Assembly: GCA_030141605.1 (NCBI GenBank)
Contig: JAQGDQ010000447.1
Location: forward strand, 129,231 to 193,230
Reading direction: 5' to 3'
Length of the DNA stretch: 64,000 nt
From: Tubiluchus corallicola
Lineage: Eukaryota > Animalia > Priapulida
The notes under the pieces were generated by a model. It saw only the letters and a program-made list of their open reading frames with translations. It searched no databases and was not told where the DNA came from. Both the position numbers and the translations under genes were made by a program. Numbering within the stretch: position 1 is the first letter of the stretch; each line of letters starts with the position of its first letter. Below, piece by piece: positions 1 to 14,206 of the stretch.

Positions 1-186
1 ATGTAATTTTAAAATTCATTCTCAAGCTTATGTTACGTATGTATCTTTGCTGTTTGCAGTCATAGTGTAATGCTTGTACTTTTCACAGTTATCGTCTGCA
101 CTCTTCTAAGTGTTACACGTTTCATTGGCAAGAACATTTGTCGGTTGCAAAACTGTCTTGTTCTAGCCATATAGTAATACATGCAT

Positions 187-550
<364 letters not shown>

Positions 551-704
551 ATAGTAATACATGCTATTTAATGAAACATTGTTTAAACTAAATCTGCAAT
601 GTGTAATGTTGCCTTCAAGTCTTGCACACCTAAAATTCAAAATCATATGTGTTCTTGCGTAGCAAAAACCTCCATAATTAGTCGGCAGTTAAACTTTAAT
701 AGTT

Positions 705-1090
705 ATAGTAAAAATAATTCATTGTATAGTGGATAGTGCGTTGTATTGGTTGTGTGTAGCTGATTATTGGTGCTTTAGAAATGGCAAAGCTATGAAGAGT
801 GTGATTATAAAACGACACGTTTATTAAACATCGAACACAATAAATATAACAGATAGCAATTCCAAGCCCCCTGATCTAGCGGCTCTCTACGCTCCGGCTC
901 CCAGACTCAGTTTAATTCTAATTCCCTGAGCTGGACGCATCGCACGCCTTATATATCGTGCGCGGAGCCCCGGTACCTCTATTCTGAACGTGACACCACT
1001 CTTTAACTGGCTTCATACCAGCATTCATCAACACAATTATCTATCGTAATCTAATGCTTTTAACATAATTTAACAGGTTCTCTTTACTGT
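705..1090 (-). mobile_element. Dispersed LTR-like repeat, copy 1
   Basis: Its reverse complement aligns with 50783-51140 and 17813-17988. On the minus strand it has a TATA-like ATATATAAG followed by AATAAA. Confidence 0.6.
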
Positions 1091-1668
1091 TCTTCACATA
1101 TCCTAAATCTCCATTTCTTGAGAATCCGTTTGAAACCAAGTTCATTGTGTCTATGCTATGTCTAGATAAGTCTACTGACATAATAATCCAGGTTGAAGGA
1201 GAGGTGCAGGCTACACAATGAAAAAACACAACCTTGAGAAAATCACTGTTGGCGCGACCGCTCAAATGTTGATTGCACATTAAGTTATGTTTAAATCCAG
1301 TAGGTGGCTCTTTCAGACGAAGATCTGCCTTTTCAACAGAAAAAAACTGGAAGCAAAATGACTGCTTCAACGAGGTACTATCTGAGTTTGAAAATACAAG
1401 TTTTTTACAATTGCAGCACTAATTTTTAGCCAGAGAAGTGGGGGTTATAAAATGAATTTTTTAGTATTTTTTGAACATTTTTTCTGATGATTTGCTGCAT
1501 GAATATGAAAGTCTAATATATTTAGTGCTTGCTTTTATAAAAAACAAAAAAAATGACATTCGACCCAATTTTTGGTGCTTAATTCCTTCCTTCCATCATA
1601 ACCTAGTTTTACCCATGCCGACTTTTGGTTGGTTTTGTTTTGCAAGCAACCTAACATTACCTGATCAT

Positions 1669-2088
1669 TAGGGGTGAGCATTCTCTACCAGAAAGCGAAT
1701 TCAAATCGAACCGAATTTGTGACTTTCGAATTCGAATCGAACTGAACCTCAGTGTTTCGAATTCGAACCGAATTCGAATTCAGATTGAAAGATTTTCGAA
1801 CAAGTTTTCGAGCCACCATTAAAAATTAGTCTTACAAAGATCATGCATATCAATAGATTTTGTTCTGCAATAAGACGACTAGTAATTCTTTAAAATTGTG
1901 CGCAGAAATCACAGCTAAATTATGCTAATTGCGTGATGTTTCAATCGGTTTAGTGATAAAGAACATGTGTGATTGAAGTGCTGAATTATTGAATCTATAG
2001 TTTTGGATTCGAATCGAGTTCGAACTGAAAAAAACTCGTTCGAATTCGATTCGAACGTTCGAACTCGAACGTTCGATGCTCACCCCTA
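1669..2088 (+). mobile_element. hAT-type MITE (TTCGAA-rich), copy 1
   Basis: TIRs TAGGGGTGAGCAT...ATGCTCACCCCTA. Perfect 8-bp TSD CTGATCAT (1661-1668 and 2089-2096). A second copy lies at 55812-56187. Confidence 0.92.
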
Positions 2089-2142
2089 CTGATCATAACA
2101 TTTACCTGAACTACATTAATAAATAGTCTGGTTTGTTTTCAG

Positions 2143-2420
2143 CTAATCTTTTACATGGGGTGAAAGCTACAATCATGGAAACAATTATACAAATAAACAC
2201 GGACGACGTTTCTACGAGTAATCTCACTGATGGTGATGAAAATACCTGCACGTATCTACCAGAGAACCGCCTTGGTGACCACGCCCTGCCTCACCTGTTT
2301 TTCATTGCTTTTACTCTGCCGAGAGCAGTAGATAAATTTCACGTAGGAATTGCCACGAAAGACATGGGAGATGACTGCGGAAATAATGGAGGAAAATGTG
2401 GAGGAATATCTCTCCTACAG
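2143..2420 (+). CDS. Internal exon of a probable extracellular protein; divergent fucolectin (FTP)/F5-8-like domain, N-terminal half
   Basis: Acceptor TTTGTTTTCAG, donor CAG|GTAATA, open frame NLLHGVKA...SNLTDGDENTCTY...GISLLQ. It joins the exon at 4677 in phase 0. The domain call rests on motif resemblance only. Confidence 0.55.
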
Positions 2421-2421
2421 G

Positions 2422-2940
<519 letters not shown>

Positions 2941-2941
<1 letters not shown>

Positions 2942-3600
2942 CACTTTATTTTACAAACTCGAGTAGAATTAACAAATCACAAATTTAAATAAATAACGCT
3001 TACCGGAAAACATCCCTACGAATCCAGGGCTCTTTTTAAGGGAAGTTAATTAAAAAATACCATAATTTATAACAAACACATCTACATGAATATCGCAGTG
3101 CTGATTTAGTCTTTCCAAAATTTATTCATACCTCTTAATTTAGAATCACGTATAATTGAAATTTTATGCACATAGTTAACCAACAATTTCTTAACTTCCA
3201 CTTCTCCACTTTTGTTTAAATAAATAAACTTAACGATATCACACATGGAGGGGGAATTCTGGAAAAATATCTGATATCTGATTAAGAACGCAGTCCTTTC
3301 TTGACAATAAACATTGCATTGCATACTAAAGTGAAATTTATCTACCGTGATCCCATCCTTACGTAAAGTATATATTCTTATATCAAGAGGTGTTTTAGGT
3401 TTGGTATATCGAATAAGAGTTATCGATTAAACGATTCCTCTGATTGTGTGTTTTTTGCTGAAATGCGATTGTTTCGCCGATCAACAAAGCATCAATGTTC
3501 ACTGGATTTTTACGAATTGTGAAACAGATATTTAGTTTAAACATAATTTATTTAGGATTGGATCAGACAGTTTGTACAACATGATTTAAGATCCTCACCA
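2941..3600 (-). mobile_element. Degenerate 3' end of an L2/CR1-group LINE
   Basis: Minus-strand remnants RISAK and VDKFHFSMQCNVYCQER resemble the RISAH and EDExHFLLxCxxYxxxR C-terminal motifs. AATAAA and a (TTA)n tail follow. Confidence 0.6.
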
Positions 3601-4676
3601 CAACAGACTTTATACACTATTTACAAGAACATTTACAGTAAGAATAGACTATTCTTAGTTTTTAGTATACTTTAGTATACTAAAGTTTTACTACAGTGAT
3701 ACATTAGACATTAATAGCAAATGACGGTTAGTAAATATTAATGTACGAATATTTAAGACTGATGCATTTTATATCAGATAGAAACTACTGGAAGCGTTTA
3801 GTACGTAATATAAAGTCATGTATACATTGGAATATTTTACAGTTAGCAACATAGTTAAATTCATCTTTACCGAATAATAACAACTTCAACAGATCATTAG
3901 TTCCTAAGAAATTTCCGTGTAGTTCCTTCAGTATAATGCGTGACTAACGACAGCAGGATGATGTACTAATACACTAATTTAAACCAATGACCTTCATGGT
4001 CTTTCGAAGGACACTTTAGTCATTGTGGGATATTAGTGGTTTGGGACTATCGCATAAATCGTCACTCGCTAAACCGTCTGACATCATAATTATGGCCATC
4101 TCATTAGCTCGTGTTTATGAGTTCACTATGACCTCATGATTATAATGCTTCTATGACGTCATGCATATGAATAGATTATGAACTCAGTCTGACATCATGA
4201 GTTTGGCTGCCATATGACCTCATGCGTATGAGCCCAATATGACGTCATTATGTTCTCGTGATTATGACCTCATACTTATGAGTACTCTATGACATTATGA
4301 TGACATCAGAGCTTCGTCATTTTCATGATCTCATGCTTATGAGTCTAACATGAGCATTTTGTGACCACATGTTGAGCTCATGTCTTGACTGGGTAGACAA
4401 GTTATCAATCTTCTGGTAGAGATACCGACAACAGCAGGGCGATGCTTACGATATCTTAAGCCTAATCCTAATCCTAATCTTAATCCTAATCCTAACGTAA
4501 TTGCTTGTGTGGGGGAGAATTGTAAACTTTAGCCGTAATTTTTAAGCCATGTTTTGTGTAAATCTAATATCATACTAATAAATAGAAAAGGCATCTACAT
4601 GTTTCCTGTACAGTGAGAGGCGACCTCTACCATGGTGTAAAGTGAACTAACTGGTACTTTTTTGTCTACATAACAG

Positions 4677-4934
4677 ATACCAGAAGACTGCCCAGTAATG
4701 AACAGTAACGATCCATTTGTTGCCCTCAAGAATACAAGAGCTTGTGTGCCTTATAGCACTTTTGACATGCCAAAAGATTCGCGCTATTGCCAGTTTGAGT
4801 GCACTTTTGTCTCATCATCACCATGTCAGTACTTTTACTTAACACTGGCAGGAGCTTGGACAGGTGAAAAACGCAAACAAATATGTGAGGTAGGTAATGG
4901 TGTGCAAACAATTTTTTTTTTTTTTGTGGAATAA
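4677..4934 (+). CDS. Next (possibly terminal) exon of the fucolectin/F5-8-like gene
   Basis: Acceptor TAACAG, phase 0, reading IPEDCPVM...RYCQFECTF...PCQYFYLTL...QICEV, an LCEV-like domain end. The exon ends at a GT donor (4890 or 4894) or at the stop at 4934, which overlaps AATAAA. Confidence 0.55.
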   Translation: MPEDCPVMNSNDPFVALKNTRACVPYSTFDMPKDSRYCQFECTFVSSSPCQYFYLTLAGAWTGEKRKQICEVGNGVQTIFFFFVE

Positions 4935-4952
4935 AGAATGTGTCTTTTTTTG

Positions 4953-5094
<142 letters not shown>

Positions 5095-5378
5095 ATTGTA
5101 AGTAATTGTGTATAAGCAGATGCGCGTGTTATACAAGAATTGCAAACTTGCTACATAGGAACACGTAGTCATGCGTATAAATTGTCCTCAAATACCAGTA
5201 AAATCCACACTAAGTTTCGTTTATTAACAATCAGTATACAAATCAGTAACAACAGTATACAAACATGTTTAATATTAGCCTATATCGATTCGATTTTTTT
5301 ACTTTTCAAGAACGGTAGTGAACGAGTTAAAAAAAGACAAAAATTCGGATTTCCGTGATAAGTAATCTAGCTTGTCGC

Positions 5379-5602
5379 CTAGAATTCACAAATATACGGA
5401 AATTTTACTGTATCACACGAGAAGTCATTCCACGTGTTCCTATTTGCCCGCAAGATGGCGCAGCTTTCGCCATCGCCGTAATTATCTGGTTGGCCATCTG
5501 CTACATCCCAAGAAGTAAAAAGGGCAGGTCGACCTGTTGCAAACCACCTCCAGTCACCCTCCTCGTGTATGTCGGTTAAACCAATCCACAAATGCTCACC
5601 AG
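5379..5602 (-). CDS. C-type lectin domain, terminal exon (QPD/WND type)
   Basis: Acceptor TTTTTAATAAAG, then GEHLWIGLTD..EGDWRW..W..GQPDN..ESC..WNDFSC..YICEF*. Canonical CTLD WIGL, QPD, WND motifs and Cys pattern. Upstream exons were not securely located. Confidence 0.92.
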
Positions 5603-5758
5603 CTTTATTAAAAACAAAATATAATTAATATTAAATTTGGTTATTTACCATTATATTTTCATTTAATGTAACAATTATTTAACTTTTATACATTCCACAG
5701 CAATTATAACGTACTTTACCACTCCTGTTTATACATATGTACCTTACTGTTTATAAAC

Positions 5759-5759
<1 letters not shown>

Positions 5760-5854
<95 letters not shown>

Positions 5855-5981
5855 AGATTTAACTACAAACATAAGTTCATAATATAAATATATAAATTTA
5901 TAATATATATTATATATTATATTATTATATTATTATTATTATATTATTATATATATAATATATAAATTTATATATATAAAT

Positions 5982-6078
<97 letters not shown>

Positions 6079-6440
6079 AGTACACATACAGTAATGCAAG
6101 CCAAGCAAGCCATTTGCTAACAAAATTAGCAATATGCACCTCACACAGTTGTTGCTGTTGCTGTTGCTGTTGCTACTGTTGTTGTTGCTGTTGTTGTTGT
6201 TGCTGCTGTTGCGGTTGCTGCTGTTGTTGTTGTTGCTTGCTGTTGCTGTTGCTACTGTTGTTGTTGCAGCTGTTGCTGTTGCTACTGTTGTTGCTGCTGC
6301 TGTTGTTGTTACTGTTGTTGTTGCTGTTGTTGCTGCTTTTGCCGTTGCTACTGTTGTCATTACTGTTGTTGTTGCTGTTGTTGTTGCTGCTGTTGTTGCT
6401 GCTGCTGTTGTTGCGCTGCTGCTGCCCTGTTGGTATTGTT
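5760..6440. repeat. (GA)n, AT-rich and (GTT/GCT)n simple-repeat cluster
   Basis: Seen directly. Confidence 0.95.
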
Positions 6441-6723
6441 GTTCTTGTAGGAGATTACGTTTTTAAAAAGGCCGTCTTAATAATCTTTCTCACGACTATC
6501 AATTAAAAAATTTACTAGCGTTGTACCACCATTGTGCAAAGCTAGTTCTGACGTTTTTTAAAGTTAATTTTTCGTGCCGGGAGCCAGTAATTTATAAGAT
6601 GGACACCTAAGTAAGTCCTAAGAAAATTGTATGGCAGGTTAAGATCATTTGACATTTTGTCATTATTCTATATAATTTTTATATAAACCTAAATATTTTA
6701 AAAGGATTTCGAATGTAGACAAT

Positions 6724-7088
6724 AAGCCTTTTCACAGTTTCGTTGTGCGCACGCGCAGTTGCTGCACTACAGTAATGTCGCTCTAATTACAACCATCACG
6801 TGACATGAGTGCAGAGCAAAGTCGTTTGCCGCCTCAGTTCAGTAACTTTAGTAGTATTGCATAGACATTACTTAAGAATACATTAGTCTGTGCATAGAGT
6901 GATTTACTAGCAGGATCTTGCTTGGAAACAAAAAATGAACTAAGGTTCTAGCTAGCTGTTAAAACTGTTGCTATTACGACAGCATGGGCTACGAGGCATT
7001 ATCAAGTGTACACAAATGCGTTGTCTGGTACACTTAACCTTTGACCTTTTCACGATCATTGTTAATCACTGAAACTGTGGAAAGGCTT
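6724..7088 (+). mobile_element. MITE family B (TIR AAGCCTTTTCACAGTT, AT target duplication; PIF/Harbinger-ISL2EU-like)
   Basis: Flanks AAT|AAGCC...GGCTT|ATT. Eight related copies in the window. Superfamily is inferred from the AT TSD. Confidence 0.85.
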
Positions 7089-7146
7089 ATTGAAGGTTAT
7101 GAAACTCAAAGCTTGAATAGTTGTGGGTGGAAAAACAATGTACTTT

Positions 7147-7300
7147 AACAATGTATTAATTATGCTGTTAACAATGTATTAACAATGTATTAATTATTCT
7201 GTTAACAATGTATTAACAATGTATTAATTATGCTGTTAACAATGTATTAACAATATAATAATTATGCTATTAACAATGTATTATTTATGCTGTTAACAAT
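7147..7300. repeat. AT-rich minisatellite built from AACAATGTATT / AATTATGCTGTT units
   Basis: Seen directly. Confidence 0.85.
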
Positions 7301-7534
7301 ATGAGAAGACAAAGACAGCAGAACCTTCAGTCAGCTAATTTTTACTCTGATAGTCTGAAATTGAATAAAAGTAGAATATCTGAATAGAAATCCAAGCACG
7401 CAATAACGCAAATTATAAATAATAACATTACACTTCTACAGGCAATGAAGCAACAGAATTAATCGTGTGTGACAGTGTAATTATTAATTAATCTAAATAT
7501 TTCAATAAAAATAGCAGCTGTAATTATGTTCAAG

Positions 7535-7791
<257 letters not shown>

Positions 7792-8939
7792 TACCTTGTA
7801 AACATACCTTACAAAACACACAAACCAGCTCTTGTACGTTTTGCAAGCTCCATTAAAAACGTTCCTTAAAAGCTTAAATGATAAACGTCTCAACTTGTAT
7901 GCGAAAAACAAGAAAAAATGCAAGAAAACAAAAGAGAAATGCGACAATAAGCGCCTATAATTGTTTGTAGAACAACAATTTTTTCACATCTGATTAAACT
8001 GTAACAGTGAAATTATTTTGTATGTCCAGCTCTCAACGAATTTTTAGTAGTTCTAAACGATTTTATCTCACTGGCGTGAACGTACACGCTTATTTTTAAA
8101 GAATGTCACGTATAACAAAGATATTATTGTTGTTTTTATACTTTTCTAGGTTTTTGCATGGGAAATGATGATAGAAACATCGACATTGTTTAATTAAGGA
8201 CGTAAAATATACGAGATGGCGTTTCTGGAGGCTTGTTTGGGTTTTATGGAGACAAACAAAGTCATCATTTTTTGCTTAGCATAATAGATTATTGTTTGTA
8301 TACCATCATCACGTCACGTGCCCCTTAGTCATTTACTTCTTATCTGACACTGAGACGCCATTACACAAAATTATACATTTTATATCGTTGGCATTAAATC
8401 GTGAGTTACACAGAAACACGTCATCACTTGAACACATTTAAACTTGGATGACCGGAAATTGACCAGGTCGCAAATATTGAAGCCAGATGTCGCAACTTGT
8501 AGCTGTAAAACGCTATATTAAATTTAGCAAACAAAAATCCTTGACAAGGCTCTAAACTAGAAATTAGTGTTACACAATTTAAATCTTATTTTTAATTTTT
8601 GATGTGTTGTAATAGTGATGATATTTGGTATTCTTTAAAACTACTAACATTAGAGGTTTAACTAATACAAGAAGTTTCAATATTTTTAAATAATTTGATG
8701 TTTTTCGCTTTACAACGATAAGCTAAAATGCTATAACCTGGCTTCACTTGGTCTTGTTTTGTTTTTCTGCTGGAAGCCATGTTTGTTGTGGTAGCGTTTG
8801 CAAAAAAAAAAACAAAATAAAACTGGTGAAATAAAAATTTAAAGAATTTGTTTAGTTTATACAATTTAATAAAGCTGACATGCTCAGCTATGCAGTTATA
8901 ATAATCCTACTTTTACTCACAAGAGAATTAAGTGGCTTT

Positions 8940-9717
8940 GCCTAGTTCCGGACGCGTATACTTACCTAGTTCCAGGGATGCGTATGCTTACTTTGTTCCG
9001 GGGACGCGTATACTTACCTAGTTCCAGGGATGCGTATGCTTACTTTGTTCCGGGGATGCGTATGCTTACGTAGTTCCGGGGATGCGTATGCTTACCTAGT
9101 TCCGGGGATGCGTATGCTTACCTAGTTCCGGAGAAGCGTATGCTTACCTAGTTCCGGGGATGCGTATGCTTACCTAGTTCCGGGGATGCGTATGCTTACC
9201 AAGTTCCAGGGATGCGTATACTTACCTAGTTCCAGGGATGCGTATGCTTACTTTGTTCCGGGGATGCGTATACTTACCTATTTCCAGGGATGCGTATGCT
9301 TACTTTGTTCCGGGGATGCGTATGCTTACGTAGTTCCGGGGATGCGTATGCTTACCTAGTTCCGGGGATGCGTATGCTTACCTAGTTCCGGAGATGCGTA
9401 TGCTTACCTAGTTCCGGGGATGCGTATGCTTACCTAGTTCCGGGGATGCGTATGCTTACCAAGTTCCAGGGATGCGTATACTTACCTAGTTCCAGGGATG
9501 CGTATGCTTACTTTGTTCCGGGGACGCGTATACTTACCTAGTTCCAGGGATGCGTATGCTTACTTTGTTCCGGAGATGCGTATGCTTACCTAGTTCCGGG
9601 GATGCGTATGCTTACCTAGTTCCGGGGATGCGTATGCTTACCTAGTTCCGGAGATGCGTATGCTTACCTAGTTCCGGGGATGCGTACGCTTACCTAGTTC
9701 CGGGGATGCGTATACCT
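8940..9717. repeat. 26-bp minisatellite (CTTACCTAGTTCCGGGGATGCGTATG), about 30 copies
   Basis: Tandem units. Variant units recur at a 260-bp spacing. Confidence 0.95.
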
Positions 9718-10350
9718 ATGCGGAACAGCCTGTTGAAAAGCCTGCACAAAATAAACGAGGTATTTATATTCAATCTGGTTGTGATGGAATACTTTTCAAC
9801 TAACAAGGTTAAAAACAAAAAGCAAAGTCCCTGCGAGATCAATGAGGAATTTTCTCTTTGCTGCTGATGCATTCCTAACTGCCCGTAATCATGGTAGCAA
9901 TCAAAACATCACCTTCTCTTTTCTCAAACGCTGCTTCCCGTTTAAGGTTTACTATAGGCACTCCCAAAAAATCGAATTGCTATAGCAATTTGAACCAGGC
10001 TGCAATCTGACCAGCCTTATATTTAGAAGCCAAATACATTTACTGATATACCGAAAGAGTGAAAAATACAAAAGCAACTTTTTATGAAAACGTGAATAAA
10101 TTATTGCAGAAGAGTATATCTAGTCGGTAAAATGAATATTTAATATATCAAGCAGTATTTGGCTATTACCTACTGGAATTGTACTTCTAAGGTGTTTCTG
10201 AATTCTGGTAGAATTTCTGTGTTTTAGATGCCTTGAAAATGAACAGTTAATGTTCGAAAACCGTTGGGCAGTAAAATTTAATTTGAAAGAAAAAACAATA
10301 GCAAAACACTGTTCCTACTCATCTATGTTTCCAGAAGCGGACTAACTATA

Positions 10351-10882
10351 GGTTTTACACGTCAAATGTGGACACAGGAAAGTTCAAATGTGACTTAGGT
10401 AAGTCAAATGTAGACATAGGAATTTCCAATGTGTTTTGGTAACTCAAATGTGACTTAGGTAAGTCAAATGTAGATGCACTACTTTGAATAAATCAATAGT
10501 TAAGTTATTTAAGTGCAAATTAGAAAAAGATAAACCAAAGATAGTGCATCTATTAGTAGGCCTATAACGTTGTTTTAACTTAAAAGCAATTATTAAATAG
10601 AAATTAAAGAAGATTAAATTTAACATCCTTAAACTTTACCACCTATCCACATTTGAGATACCAATGTCACATTTGACTTGACATGTGTCTACATTTGACT
10701 TACCAAAAACGCTTAAGATTTGTTGAAAACCATTGTTGACACATTTGAACTACCTAAGTCTACATTTGAGTTACCAAGACACATTTGAACTACCTAAGTC
10801 TACATTTGAGTTACCAAGACACATTTGAATTACCTAAATCTACATTTGAGTTAACGCAGGTCTACATTTGACATGTAAAACC
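10351..10882 (+). mobile_element. MITE family A (TIR GGTTTTACAYGTCAAATGT, TATA on both flanks)
   Basis: TATA|GGTTTT...AAAACC|TATA. Eleven copies in the window. Subterminal repeats contain ACATTTGA. Confidence 0.9.
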
Positions 10883-11418
10883 TATATTAGGCTAATTACG
10901 TTGGATTCCAATACTTATTGTGTTGCACTGATGTATCGCGTCGTTTTCGTGGTTGTTGTTTGCAGTTATTTATCTGTGTGCTTGCATATTTGTTTTATTG
11001 ATAAAACTTCACGCACCTCTCATGTTTCTTGTTGTTGTGTGGCAAATGATTGTCCTCCTAAGAATGGCTAAGCAATGCTTTCACCGTGCTCGTTTCGGTA
11101 TCAGCTGAATAAGCATTAACAGAGTTTGTTGTTTGCAATTCTTCAATTTTGCTGTTTATGTGTTTGTACACACGATGTCTATTGACACGAAATTGCTCCA
11201 TCAGCATCCATTAGGGTACGTAATTTATACATTATGAAATGCATAACGTAGTTAGCTATATAGCCTCCAGTATATGTAGAGTGACTAAGCTGCTCAGTTA
11301 GAATATATTCTGGTTATGCAAAGCTTTATGTGAAAATAAACACGAGAACTTAGATTCAGAAAATTGATGGAAGTAAAAAAAGCTTGAATTCACTATATGC
11401 AAAATTCTCTGATATGTA

Positions 11419-12323
11419 ATGGAATCTCGGAATGAAAGCCAAGCAGAAGTAGTTGTGACGTTACACGGCTTAGTAATTCCAGCTGCACACATAACTGCAG
11501 TGTTTATAGAACTTTCTAATCTGCTAGTTATTGTGGCACTTGTGAAATATAAGCACCTGGAAGAATTCAAAAACTGGTACATATGCAGCTTAGCAGTTGC
11601 TGATTTGTTGACGGGAATACTGGCACATATTTTTACGTATGAACAGTCAAAGATTTACCAGCCTATACCAAGACACAAGTGCTTATTGCTAATATACCTC
11701 TCTCTTGTCTTTGGTATTCAATCAACAATAATGTTGTTAGCAGTTACAATAGACAGATATATTGTGATAGTTTATCCAATGCGATATGATCAATTAGTAA
11801 AGAAATGGATGGTGCAACTTACTCTTGCTGCTTCATGGATGTTCTCTTTTGGCATAAGCATTTCAATTTACTACAAAGACAGACCATCGGTTTATTGTTT
11901 TTTATGTATGTAGCCAGCTTGGAAATAATCACGCTAGTTTCCACTTTTTTCTGCATAAACGTAGTTCTCCTGCTTGCCATCAATACTAGCATCATGTTTA
12001 TTGCTCGAAGACACATGAGCAGAATTGAACCAAATGCTCGGAGATCGTACAAACGTAATTTAAAATCTGCCAAGGTAATTAGTTTGGTGGTTGGTACTTA
12101 CATCGTCTGCTTGCTTCCTTTCATTGTGCTTATCCTGACTGGTGTCCTCCAGAGTGGAATCACTATTCCTCCTTTTATTTTTTCACTCACCTTCCTCTTG
12201 TTTTACTGTAATTCATTTATGAATCCAATAATTTATGCCTGGAAAAATCAAGAGCTTCGAGCATCCTTCAAGAAAGTTCTTCAATGGGAAAAACACATAG
12301 GTCGCAAAACGTCAGTCAACTAG
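11419..12323 (+). pseudogene. Intronless class A (rhodopsin-family) GPCR, about 301 aa, with a 1-bp frameshift (pseudogene or sequencing error)
   Basis: SNLLVI (TM1), SLAVADLL (TM2), TIDRY..YPMRY (TM3), ASW (TM4), CLLPF (TM6), NSFMNPIIYAW (TM7). The two ORFs join if one T is added to the T6 run at 11898-11903. Confidence 0.9.
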
Positions 12324-13569
12324 CGGGGGTCCCCCTATTAGCTCTTCCTTTCTCTTGCCTCCTTCTTCGTTTGGGTTGCGGCTCACAAACTCGTGCAGAA
12401 ATTGCATTGAAATATACTGCGAGAGTTAAAGTCAAGTGGGTATTATTATTATTATTTTTTATTTCTGGAGTCATGCAAGATTTCTGCAACTAAAATTTGT
12501 CTAGTAGTAGTACAGAGACATTATAGTGTTGAAACATGATACTTGAGTAACAGTTATGTAGACGTATGGTACCTGGAAAGATTAAAAACAGTCAGATTCA
12601 TCAGTTTCTCCAAGCCAAAAACTCGAACAAATCTGCCACATCTTTCCCAGCTAGGTAGATAACATGAGCTGAGCCGAATTAATAAAAACGTTACCTGTCC
12701 TAAGGTAATTAGTTTCCTATTTTTTAATTAAAGCTTTTATGAAGTTACAAGAGATTGCCAAATGCTGCTATTGCATTAATCAACATTCAGCACTTGGCTG
12801 ACCTCTTAATTGTTATTCACAGTTTATTTGGGGTAATTAACTTTTATTGCTTTAACCCTAATATTGCTTATATAAGTCTTTAAGACTGATCATTCATAAT
12901 GTCTAATATGATCTTAAATCTATGATCATTTTGTAGATTTTATAAAAGATACTTTTTGGAACAATATTTTCATTCTACCAGTCAAACTTTTCCACTACTA
13001 AACTTTTCTAGCACCAAACCTGTTCGTGCCATTTTTACCTTGTACCGGATTTACTTGCTTGCCAAGCTTTGCCAGTACTGTATGAAATCTTCCCAGCACC
13101 ACATTTCCTGGCGACATTTTATAACTACAGTCTCAGCAAACTTAAAGTAGCTCACAATATTTCTAAACGCAAACTTTTCAACTACCAATATGATTATAGT
13201 TCTAGGACCATTTCAGTAGACCACGATGTTTTATACTTTGTTGTAATACATAAGAAAACTGCATACAGTCTATACAGTAGAGTAATGCAAAGCTCAAATC
13301 TTCTGATAAAGGCATTGAATAACAGTGACGCATTTTACACTTCAGACATAAGAGACCATGGAGGAAAGTGTTAGGTAGAAATTATGGGTGACGATTCAGG
13401 CTGGAAATATGATATTGTATATATATATATTGTACTGTTATTTTATTTATATATGTATTAATTTGTATGTGTTGAGAGGAGGGGTTATAATTATTGTATG
13501 TTATGTATGCTATGAAATAGTTCGAAATAAAGAGTTAAATTAAATCAATCATGTATCTTGTTAATACCT

Positions 13570-13835
13570 TTTCTGGTTAGTGAGTGATGCACCCTGAAGG
13601 TCAACGACACTTTACCAATTGGTGAAAACATTTTAAATAATCAATAATTTTCTTTTCTGGTTACATAAGTCTTTCAAGCAGGTAAGCGAAATTGTAAGTA
13701 ATATGACTTTGCACGGAAAGTTTTTTAAGACATAGTTTAACATTTCCGTTTCTTCCCCTGATTTACGTTGTGCGTATATGACGTCATGTAGTGGCGCAGT
13801 CGGAACAGTAAAATCCTTTCAACGCGAGTGCAAAA
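13570..13835 (+). mobile_element. Unclassified dispersed repeat family C
   Basis: Clearly similar to 18490-18780, and more weakly to 38900-39110 and to 62110-62850, which is split by a family A MITE. Confidence 0.6.
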
Positions 13836-14206
13836 TTGAAATTTTTTAGTTTGTAACATTATAAGTAACATAACATATACTAACCTACATTCGGAACGCC
13901 TTTTCTTGCTTTTAAACAAATTAACTTTCGCCCAAAAATGCCAAAAAAATCTAAATCACAAATCAAAAATCAAACTTACTTGAAACATGTAACTGATCAC
14001 TCAATCATGATTTGTTGTTTTTCACTTTCAAAAAACTTCCCCTCTAGTATAATAATATTTTTATTACTTCCTACCCGTATTTATATTTGTATATATTGTA
14101 ATATTGAATCTGTATATATTGTAATTTTTTTCGTAACTAATTCTAGTGGCCTACCATAAGCTAGCTTCTTAGGTCTCTAGCGCAGTATTCATGAATTGTA
14201 TCATAC

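Noticed and set aside
1190-1375. Possible upstream exon of the fucolectin-like gene (AG...GT bounded, some Cys/Trp)
   Set aside because: All three + frames contain stops, and none splices in phase to 2143.
8940-9717. CRISPR-like regular repeats (also 25726-26001, 46150-47500, 56474-56773)
   Set aside because: Head-to-tail units without unique spacers, no cas genes, and a eukaryotic context.
7826-9950. Candidate upstream exons of the C-type lectin on the minus strand (TFLMELAKRTRA near 7826-7865; Cys-containing stretches near 8340-8500 and 9800-9950)
   Set aside because: Short or interrupted by stops. Plausible, but not supportable without transcripts.
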